A stretch of 13,113 nt of DNA from the NCBI GenBank assembly GCA_042216015.1, contig JBDGUI010000028.1:1-13113 (forward strand), read 5' to 3'. Each line of letters opens with the position of its first letter. The first letter of the stretch is position 1. Shown piece after piece: positions 1-6,847 of this stretch. Source of the stretch: Halodesulfurarchaeum sp. (lineage in GTDB: Archaea; Halobacteriota; Halobacteria; Halobacteriales; Halobacteriaceae). Made by a program: the position numbers and the translations under genes. The notes below the pieces were generated by a model. The model saw nothing but the letters and a program-made list of their open reading frames with translations. It was not told where the DNA came from and did no database searches.

Positions 1-51
1 TCCTGTTGCCTTCTGGGGGCAACGACCCAGGTTCGAATCCTGGTGGGACTA
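1..51 (+). tRNA. tRNA-Gln(CTG), 3' part (5' end lies upstream of the window)
   Basis: Anticodon stem TTGCC (6-10) pairs with GGCAA (18-22) around loop TT-CTG-GG. T-arm is CCAGG-TTCGAAT-CCTGG. The 3' acceptor strand TGGGACT is followed by discriminator A at 51; CCA is not encoded. Confidence 0.95.
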
Positions 52-93
52 TCGATTCTCCGGCGCTCATCCGGGACGACCTTCGCCGACCGG

Positions 94-285
94 TCAGTCC
101 TCCGGTGCCAGTTCGAGGATCATCACCTCCCAGTCGGGAAGGGGCCCCTCCGTCCTGATGTCCCAGGATCCGATCGGGTCGACCCCACTCTCGGCTGCGG
201 CACGGAGAAGGGACTCGAGCGCTGCCTGAACCTCGGCCTCGGATTCGAATTCATCTGGTACCGCACGCGGTCTGTGTCCTGTCAT
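94..285 (-). CDS. small acidic hypothetical protein (63 aa)
   Basis: Asp/Glu-rich haloarchaeal composition with a helix followed by GSW...PDWEV. It fills the gap between the tRNA and the regulator without overlap and is divergent from the HTH gene. Confidence 0.7.
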   Translation of the reverse strand: MTGHRPRAVPDEFESEAEVQAALESLLRAAAESGVDPIGSWDIRTEGPLPDWEVMILELAPED

Positions 286-388
286 GATGTTCCCGGCCTC
301 GTCCCGGCGGTCGGCACGATCCGGGTCCCATGCCGGAGCCGGTGGTCGACCCTATCGAGAACGGCATGGGGGAAAGGCGTACCGATTA

Positions 389-404
389 GCATGGTGTACC
401 ATGC
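389..404. promoter_or_regulatory. inverted repeat GCATGGT-GT-ACCATGC, candidate transcription-factor operator
   Basis: Perfect 7-bp arms in the divergent intergenic region, about 30 nt upstream of the TATA-like box of the HTH gene. Confidence 0.45.
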
Positions 405-434
405 AATTATGCCGCGAGGGGCTTCGTACGAGGC

Positions 435-440
435 TTTAAC
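435..440 (+). promoter_or_regulatory. TATA-like box (TTTAAC) for the leaderless HTH regulator gene
   Basis: AT-rich hexamer 25-30 nt upstream of ATG 465, the usual haloarchaeal leaderless spacing. Confidence 0.6.
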
Positions 441-464
441 CCGAAATGCACACAAGGTCGCGGT

Positions 465-1130
465 ATGACCGTCATCGCGGATCTGGTCCTGTCCCCCGAG
501 GCATTCGAGCTGGGGCGCATCCTCGCTACGGGGCCGGACACGGCCATCGAACTCGAGACGATTGTCCCGCTCGGGGAGCGCCCGGTCCCGTTCGTCCGTG
601 TTTTCGATGACCACGCTTCGTTCGAGAAGACCGTCGAGGGACACGGTGCCATAAACGACATCCAGAGCGTCTCCCGGACCGACGAGGAGGCACTCTATGC
701 CCTCGACTGGGACGTCTCGACTGACACCTTCTTCGCGGGGTTGCTGGAAGTGAACGCGACCGTTCTCGGCGGCCAGGGTCTCGAGGACCGGTGGGAGTTC
801 AACCTTCGCTTTCCCTCTCACGACGGCCTGGCCGATTTCCGGGAGTACTGTGTAAAACGGGACATCCCGATCGACATCACGGGCCTCTTCAACCCGACCC
901 GCCCGGAGGCGGGTCCCTGGTACGGTCTCACCCCTGCCCAGCGCGAGTCCCTGGTCCGTGCGGTCGAAGCGGGGTATTATTCGATCCCCCGTCAGGTGTC
1001 GACGAACGAACTTGCCGCGGAGTTCGACGTCTCAGATCAGGCGATGACCGAGCGACTCCGGCGAGCGATCATCGCGCTCGTTTCGAACACGCTCCTCCTG
1101 GAGGTCGAACGGACAGGAGCGCCTCGCTAA
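465..1130 (+). CDS. bacterio-opsin activator (Bat)-like transcriptional regulator, HTH_10 family (221 aa)
   Basis: C-terminal LTPAQRESLVRAVEAGYYSIPRQVSTNELAAEFDVSDQAMTERLRRA matches the haloarchaeal HTH_10 motif. The N-terminal domain contains the typical W-x-F-x-LRFP segment. Confidence 0.92.
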   Translation: MTVIADLVLSPEAFELGRILATGPDTAIELETIVPLGERPVPFVRVFDDHASFEKTVEGHGAINDIQSVSRTDEEALYALDWDVSTDTFFAGLLEVNATVLGGQGLEDRWEFNLRFPSHDGLADFREYCVKRDIPIDITGLFNPTRPEAGPWYGLTPAQRESLVRAVEAGYYSIPRQVSTNELAAEFDVSDQAMTERLRRAIIALVSNTLLLEVERTGAPR

Positions 1131-1371
1131 TCGCGAGCCTGCTCCGGTGCCGATTGCCACGCGGGAGACCGCGACGCCCCGTGACGCTGGTCAGGCCCCC
1201 ATCGTGGATTCCCTTCGCCTGTTCGGGAGCAGGGGGCCCAAATACCGGCTCGTGACCGATTCCCCCCACCGGAAGCTGCCTCCGGTTGCCGGTCCGTCAG
1301 CATCGACGTGTTGGGAACATTCAAGGGAAGTGGCCCGGAAGGTGCGAACGGTTTCGGCCAGGCGTCTTAGT

Positions 1372-2994
1372 ATGAAACTCAGACAGACGTTCGCGATCTT
1401 GCTTCTCCTCATCACGCTCATCCTGTCCGGGGTCGTGTACGGTCAACTCGAGTACACCAAACAGCAGAGCATCGAGCAGGTCGAGTCGACGGTCGAGGAG
1501 ACGGCCCGACTCACGGCGAGACAGATCGGGGAGGAGATCGACCGACAGCGCGATTACGTCGGCTACTTCGCCTCCCGCGCGGGGGCGTCGAACATCACGG
1601 ATCCCCGCCAATTCTTGCAGAAATTTCTGTCAAACCCCCGGTTCTATGCCGTCCAGATCATCAACGAGAACGGAACCGTGGTCGCCTTTCAGGGTGACAT
1701 CGTCAGGAGCGTTCGAAACGAGACGGTCGGGGCAAACGTGAGCAATCGTTCGTACGTCTCGATCCCGCTTTCGACCGGAAAGACCTACGTGTCCGAGCCC
1801 GAGCGGGTCGAATCGACCGGGCAAAGCGTGATCATCATCGGCGCGCCCATCTTCGAGGGGACCGAGATCACCGGGGTCCTCGCGGCGGCCGTGGAACTCA
1901 ATCGTTTCACGGTCTTCTCGACGCTGGTACCACTCCAGACCGAGGTCCAATCAGTCACGGTCACTGCTGACTCGAGGGTGCTTTATGGGCCCGAGACCCG
2001 ATTTCGGGAAGCCATCAGCGCCCAGGCCAAGGTGCCCGGGACCGACTGGACGGTGACGGTCCGTCGGGACCGGGGACCCCTCGAGGCCCGACTCAAGCGC
2101 ATGGCCCTGCTTCAGGGCGGGAGCCTGCTTCTGGTTCTGTTTACCGTCATCGGTCTGGCCGTCTGGGAGTACCGGGTGACCCTCGGACAGACGGAGAAAT
2201 TGCTCGCCGGATTCGAGGCCCTGCGGCGGGAGGATTTCGATCACAAACTCGACTTCCAGACCGGCGAGGAGTGGGAAACCATTGGGGAGGGATTCAACGA
2301 GCTGTCCGAGACCCTCGAGAGACGCGAACGGGCGATCAAGGAACGTGAGGAGCGCCTCTCGGTGATGAACCGGGTGCTTCGTCACAACCTCCGGAACGAC
2401 ATGACCCTCATCCTGAATTACGCGAGACTGGTCGCCGACGGGGCCGAGTCCGCGCGGATTCGCGAGGCCGGCGAGGTGATCGAGGACCGTGGCGAGAATC
2501 TCATCGGCCTCGGCGAGACCGCCAGACAGGCGGCCGAGGCGATGGAGCAGGCCGACCAGACCGTCGAGATGGACCTCGTCTCGGAGGGAGCACGAATACT
2601 GGGTGACGTCCGATCCGGGTATCAGGACACGTCGGTCTCCTCACCCGGTGGCGACCGGATTATTGTGGCGGTCGTTCCGATGTTCGAGTTGGCCATCAGA
2701 AACGTGATCGAGAACGCCTTCGAGCACAACGACTCGAGTGACCCCTCGGTCTCGGTCCGGGTCACCGAAGATGGGGAGTACGGAACGCTCACCGTTTCGG
2801 ACAACGGACCGGGCATTCCCGAACAGGAGGTGGCTGCACTTGAGGGCACGGAGGAACCGCTCGAACACGGAAGCGGCCTCGGGCTCTGGTTGGCCTACTG
2901 GCTCGTTCGAAAATCGGGCGGCGAGATGACGATCGAGTCGACGGACCCCCCTGGCACGGTCGTCAGGATCTCCGTTCCGCTCGCGGCGTCGTAG
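1372..2994 (+). CDS. membrane sensor histidine kinase (TM - Cache-like extracellular domain - TM - HAMP - HisKA - HATPase), 540 aa
   Basis: ATG 1372 (MKLRQTFAILLLLITLILSG) begins a TM segment; a second TM is GGSLLLVLFTVIGLAVW. H-box RVLRHNLRNDM, N-box NVIENAFEH, G1 VSDNGPGIP and G2 GSGLGLWL are present. The ORF-track extension to 1147 is not protein-like. Confidence 0.93.
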   Translation: MKLRQTFAILLLLITLILSGVVYGQLEYTKQQSIEQVESTVEETARLTARQIGEEIDRQRDYVGYFASRAGASNITDPRQFLQKFLSNPRFYAVQIINENGTVVAFQGDIVRSVRNETVGANVSNRSYVSIPLSTGKTYVSEPERVESTGQSVIIIGAPIFEGTEITGVLAAAVELNRFTVFSTLVPLQTEVQSVTVTADSRVLYGPETRFREAISAQAKVPGTDWTVTVRRDRGPLEARLKRMALLQGGSLLLVLFTVIGLAVWEYRVTLGQTEKLLAGFEALRREDFDHKLDFQTGEEWETIGEGFNELSETLERRERAIKEREERLSVMNRVLRHNLRNDMTLILNYARLVADGAESARIREAGEVIEDRGENLIGLGETARQAAEAMEQADQTVEMDLVSEGARILGDVRSGYQDTSVSSPGGDRIIVAVVPMFELAIRNVIENAFEHNDSSDPSVSVRVTEDGEYGTLTVSDNGPGIPEQEVAALEGTEEPLEHGSGLGLWLAYWLVRKSGGEMTIESTDPPGTVVRISVPLAAS

Positions 2995-2995
2995 C

Positions 2996-4768
2996 TCACC
3001 GACGCCGGCCCAGCCAGATGGCGATCCACCCGCCGAAAAGCCCTATCAACGGCCCGAACCCCGGCATCGTGACCGGGGTTTGCTCCGCCGTCTCCGCCCC
3101 GTGCGTGGACTGGCGTCCGATCGTCGTCCCGGGGGACGTCGCTGCTGACTGGGTCGGGGCGCCAGTCACGTTCAGGGTACCGATGGTGTAGTTATTGACG
3201 AGGACGGTGTACTGGCCGGCCTCCGTTACCGACTCCCTGAAGGACGTCTGGCGGGTTCCCCCGGCGGCGATCGACAGCCGTTCGCTGGCCACCTCGCGCC
3301 CATTGAGCAGGAGCCGTGCGGTATACACCCCGTCGGCGCCCCCCTCGTTCGTGATTCGAACCCTGACGTTCACCGGATCGAAGACCGTCTGGGTCGACGC
3401 GAGAAGGGTTCCGTCCTGTATCTCGAAGGAGGCGACCTTCTTCCCCACGGTGAACGACGACAGACCGGGCGCCCGTCCCTCGAAGATGTATTCAGTTCCG
3501 TTACGGGTCACGAATCGCGTGGGCAGTTCGTTCCACGATCCATTGTGGTAGCGATAGAGTGCGACGTCCTCGCGCTCGTCGGGCTCCACCGTGTCGATCC
3601 CGACCGAGAACCGGAAGGTCACGTTCTTGATCTCCTCGTCCGGAACCGTGTGTGCGACGGAGATGTATCCAAGCCCCTCAGCCGCGGCGGGCGGGGTAAA
3701 TTCGGGGGTTTGATTCGACGGACGGCGCGATGCGGTCGTCACCGACAGCGTGAAATCGTCCCGGTCGGTGACGGCGATGGACAGCCGTTCGGTCCCCACA
3801 CTCGCGTTTTTCGCCTGCTCCGGAAGCTCGATGGGAATGGAGGCATTCGGCGTCGCATTTTGCACCCTGGCCCACGTTCGGGACCCGGGCGTCTCCTCGG
3901 GTGGTCCCCGGACCACCGACACTGTCACGTTCCTGCCCCCGGCCCGGACGGTTCGACTGGTTCTATTGGCTCCCCCGGGCGCCCCCGGCGTCCCGTCGAA
4001 TGGGTTGGTGGCGCTCCCGATCGGCGGATCGGCCCACTTCGGCGGCCCTGGCTCTCCCCCACCGGTCGCGTTCGGCGGGCCGCCACTTTCCGGGGAATTC
4101 GCCCTCTCGGTCGGGGTCGCCGTGCCGTTCACGCCCGCCGATGCGGGCACGGACTGCGGGGGTCCACCACCGGCGGGGCCCGTCTCCGCTTTGGTCGGTG
4201 GCCCAGCATCTCCGGGGGCCGCGGAGCCGGCCTCCCCTGCGTTATCCGAATTCCCGCTACTCGGCTCGGTTGGCCTTCCGTTCCCGGAGCCTCCGGGTGT
4301 GCTGGCCTGGCCCGATCCGGGCGTGTGTGTCGACTGGCCGTTCGTATTCCCCCCAGCCGGGGTCGAGGGCTGACTGGCCGGCTGTGTGGAACCGGACTGG
4401 TCAGTTGGTGTGGACGGCTGGGACTGGTCGCTCGAATTCCCCCCAGCCGGGGTCGAGGGCTGACTGGCCGGCTGTGTGGAACCGGACTGATTAGCTCCCC
4501 CGGGGTCCGCGGCCTGCCCGGTCGCATTCCCCGCCGCCGGCGCCGAGGAGTTGTTCCCGGGCGGATTGGCCTGTCCTGGCGGATTCGCCTGGGCGAGCGG
4601 CGTTGACGAATCGGACGGCACCCATCCTGCGAGATCGGTCGAATGGGCAGCCTGGGTTCCGGCCGATCCGATGCCGCCGAGGGCCACTCCACTGCCCGCG
4701 AGGAGTAACCCGAGACTCACCCACCCGACGATCGCGAGGATGTGTCCCCCCTTCGTCGGGAGCTTCAT
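2996..4768 (-). CDS. cell-surface glycoprotein with PGF-pre-PGF domain, CARDB-like domain and PGF-CTERM anchor (590 aa)
   Basis: N-terminal hydrophobic signal segment, then a long P/S/T/G/Q low-complexity region. VALYRYHNGSWNELPT...PGLSSFTVG is typical of PGF-pre-PGF; VRITNEGGADG...AGQYTVLVN is an Ig-like CARDB fold. The C-terminus PGFGPLIGLFGGWIAIWLGRRR is an archaeosortase A signal. Many N-x-S/T sequons. Confidence 0.9.
   Translation of the reverse strand: MKLPTKGGHILAIVGWVSLGLLLAGSGVALGGIGSAGTQAAHSTDLAGWVPSDSSTPLAQANPPGQANPPGNNSSAPAAGNATGQAADPGGANQSGSTQPASQPSTPAGGNSSDQSQPSTPTDQSGSTQPASQPSTPAGGNTNGQSTHTPGSGQASTPGGSGNGRPTEPSSGNSDNAGEAGSAAPGDAGPPTKAETGPAGGGPPQSVPASAGVNGTATPTERANSPESGGPPNATGGGEPGPPKWADPPIGSATNPFDGTPGAPGGANRTSRTVRAGGRNVTVSVVRGPPEETPGSRTWARVQNATPNASIPIELPEQAKNASVGTERLSIAVTDRDDFTLSVTTASRRPSNQTPEFTPPAAAEGLGYISVAHTVPDEEIKNVTFRFSVGIDTVEPDEREDVALYRYHNGSWNELPTRFVTRNGTEYIFEGRAPGLSSFTVGKKVASFEIQDGTLLASTQTVFDPVNVRVRITNEGGADGVYTARLLLNGREVASERLSIAAGGTRQTSFRESVTEAGQYTVLVNNYTIGTLNVTGAPTQSAATSPGTTIGRQSTHGAETAEQTPVTMPGFGPLIGLFGGWIAIWLGRRR
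4346..4489. repeat. intragenic direct repeat: two identical 54-bp copies (4346-4399, 4436-4489), period 90 bp
   Basis: ATTCCCCCCAGCCGGGGTCGAGGGCTGACTGGCCGGCTGTGTGGAACCGGACTG occurs twice and encodes QSGSTQPASQPSTPAGGN on the minus strand. Confidence 0.95.
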
Positions 4769-4793
4769 GCGCCATAATTCACCGGCTAGGGAC

Positions 4794-4799
4794 TTAATA
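4794..4799 (-). promoter_or_regulatory. TATA-like box (TATTAA on minus strand) for the PGF-CTERM gene
   Basis: Lies 26-31 nt upstream of ATG 4768. Confidence 0.6.
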
Positions 4800-4876
4800 T
4801 CTCGGGATTACAGCAGTTATAAGCGATCCATTGAGGCAAGTGCAATACGTCGAACTATCGACCGAAACCTCTCGCC

Positions 4877-5428
4877 TCAGACCAATAGCTGCACGTCCGA
4901 GTCGGCCATCTCGCGCAGGGCGTGGGCCGCGCCGACGCCGGTCTCGACGCCCTCGATGAAGTCGCTATCGTCGTAGTCCATCAGGTCCATCGTCATCTGG
5001 CAGGCCTGGAAGTTCACGCCGTTGTCGAGTCCGCGCTGGATCAGTTCGGGGACGGTATCGGTCCCGACGTCGTCGATCTTGTCCCGCATCATCTTGGTCG
5101 TCATGCGGTCCATCCCGGGCAGCATGGCCAAGATGTTCGGGACGGGCATGCTCGTGTTCCCGACCGAGGACATCTTCAGGTTCTTGTGGTTCTCCTCGTG
5201 GAGCATGTCGAGGCCCCAGAAGGTGGCAAAAACGGTGACGTTCCAGCCGAAGGCCGCGGCCATCGGCCCGAGGATGAGCACCGGGTAGGCCATGTCGAGG
5301 GTGCCCTTCGTGGCGATGATGACCATCTTGGTCGGCTCCTCGTCGTCGTGGTCGTGAGCCTCGATCCGGGATTCGAGGTCGGCGATTCGCTCCTGGAGAT
5401 CGTCGATCGTGGGTTCGTCAGTGGACAT
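4877..5428 (-). CDS. DsrE/DsrF/DrsH-like (DrsE_2) putative sulfur-carrier protein (183 aa)
   Basis: Motifs IIATKGTLDMAYP, VTVFATFWGLDML and FQACQMTMDLM (conserved Cys). A short N-terminal coiled coil IDDLQERIADLESRI precedes the domain. Confidence 0.9.
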   Translation of the reverse strand: MSTDEPTIDDLQERIADLESRIEAHDHDDEEPTKMVIIATKGTLDMAYPVLILGPMAAAFGWNVTVFATFWGLDMLHEENHKNLKMSSVGNTSMPVPNILAMLPGMDRMTTKMMRDKIDDVGTDTVPELIQRGLDNGVNFQACQMTMDLMDYDDSDFIEGVETGVGAAHALREMADSDVQLLV

Positions 5429-5520
5429 GATTCGATGGGTGTGACAGGTTTCGTCCGCAGCGGTATCCGTCCGTCGACGGCCCCTGTCGTGAATGCAATT
5501 TGCAACTTCGCGATGCCCGC

Positions 5521-5527
5521 CATAAAA
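5521..5527 (-). promoter_or_regulatory. TATA-like box (TTTTATG on minus strand) for the dsrE-like gene
   Basis: Best TATA-like element upstream of ATG 5428; it implies a 5' UTR of about 70 nt. Confidence 0.5.
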
Positions 5528-5814
5528 GGGTATGGTCGATTTTCCATTGTTGGGAGCGCCCTCAGGCCCGTTCGACCCTGTTCGGGGATTGCTTGCAGGG
5601 TGCCCGTCTTGGAGAGAATGGTGCGTGATGCAATGAATTCGTCCGATGAGCGAGCGGGCAGGATGACTGCGGATGCGCTCGAATGGGAGACCGGAGTCGG
5701 GGGAGGACGGCCGGGTGATTGTGGAAAAGCCCTCCGATGGACGTGGATGAAACGTTCGGGGGGAAAGGGTTTGGTGTCGAACGGGGTGGAGTGGTGTCGA
5801 ACGAGGGGAAGTGG

Positions 5815-6564
5815 TTACCCTTCTTCGTCCTCCTTTGCCTCCCCGGTGACCTTTGCTTCCCCGTCGGCCTCCGCTGATTTCTCACTCCCGCCCGGCGTCT
5901 CGTCCTCGCCGGCTGTGTCGTCCGAGTCCGTCGATTCGGCTGCATCGCTCGCGGGAGCGCGGCCGCCCGCCCGATCGCTCACCTCGTCGATCCGGTCCAT
6001 GACCTGCTTGACCTCCTGGCCGACGGTTTCCTCGATCTGTTCGCTGACGGTCTTCTCGACCTCTCTCGCCACGTGGTCGACCTCCTCCTCCACGCTCTCC
6101 CCGACCCGCTCGGAGACGGTCTCCTCCACCTGCTCGGAAACCGTGGCCTCGACCCCCTCGGCCACGTCCTCGCCGACCCGCTCTTCGACCTGCTTTGCCA
6201 CGTCGTCCATCTCGCCGCTCAAGGTGTCCTCCACGGTCTCGCCGACCTCCTCGGTCACCTTCTCGCCCACCTCGGCGGTGACCTTCTCCTCGACCTCCTC
6301 GGCGACGTCGTCCATCTCCCTGCTGATGGTCTCCCCGACCTCCGCGGAGACGGTCTCCTCGACCTGGGCGGCGACCTCCTTGGTCATCCACTCGGGGTCA
6401 AAGCGAGCCATCTTCCACCCGATGTGGACGACGTAGGACGCCAACACCCCCAGGCCGAAGGCGATTCCGACGACCGTCTCGACCACGAGAATGAGCGCGA
6501 TGGCCACGAAGATCAACAGGCCGTAGGTCATGTCGACGGCGAAATCGACCCGGTTGGGATTCAT
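5815..6564 (-). CDS. hypothetical membrane protein: two N-terminal TM segments plus long acidic Val-periodic helical repeat and disordered tail (249 aa)
   Basis: ATG 6564 is preceded by SD-like GGTGA. TMs are YGLLIFVAIALILVV and VGIAFGLGVLASYVVHIGW. VEET/VGEK-type repeats with strong haloarchaeal codon usage follow. The start codon is uncertain (alternative ATG 6615). Confidence 0.85.
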   Translation of the reverse strand: MNPNRVDFAVDMTYGLLIFVAIALILVVETVVGIAFGLGVLASYVVHIGWKMARFDPEWMTKEVAAQVEETVSAEVGETISREMDDVAEEVEEKVTAEVGEKVTEEVGETVEDTLSGEMDDVAKQVEERVGEDVAEGVEATVSEQVEETVSERVGESVEEEVDHVAREVEKTVSEQIEETVGQEVKQVMDRIDEVSDRAGGRAPASDAAESTDSDDTAGEDETPGGSEKSAEADGEAKVTGEAKEDEEG

Positions 6565-6635
6565 CCCCCGATCACCGACCGCCGGTTCCGTCGAATCGGT
6601 CCGCAAAACCGGCATGGACCGCGTAACTGTTGCAT
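6561..6635 (-). CDS. candidate 24-aa leader peptide MQQLRGPCRFCGPIRRNRRSVIGG
   Basis: ATG in GGGTATG context 26-30 nt downstream of TTTTT (6661-6665, minus strand). Its TGA overlaps the ATG of the downstream gene (ATGA). Confidence 0.35.
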   Translation of the reverse strand: MQQLRGPCRFCGPIRRNRRSVIGG

Positions 6636-6847
6636 ACCCGTCCGTAGTTGGTCCAGGCACAAAAACCGTCGCAGTCGATTGGCCGGGAGAACTCGGGCCG
6701 ACTCGCCTCGACACTGGACCGATGTGGGGGCCCGCCCGATCGGTCTGAGGCGCGGGCACGTCCGTCGCCGGGGACCGAACGGAATCGTCTTCGGTTCGAG
6801 TGCCTGGCGCTGACACCGTCGAAAAGCCGGTCGCCTTCGTCCAGAAA

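Noticed and set aside
1138..1286. Possible structured RNA between the HTH and kinase genes (CCTGCTCC/GGAGCAGG pairing and ACCGGA/TCCGGT hairpin)
   Set aside because: Short GC-rich complementarities are expected by chance here, and there is no recognisable RNA family motif.
1147..1371. N-terminal extension of the kinase ORF, and similar extensions for trpB (8443), PiT (8596), OYE (10221), folA (12215) and the membrane protein (6816)
   Set aside because: The extensions are not protein-like or overlap other real genes. Downstream starts match family N-termini, promoter spacing or stop/start overlaps.
4922..6436. 504-aa plus-strand ORF
   Set aside because: It is the antisense shadow of the dsrE-like and Val-periodic genes. 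Its Ser/Thr-rich pattern is the reverse complement of Glu/Val codons.
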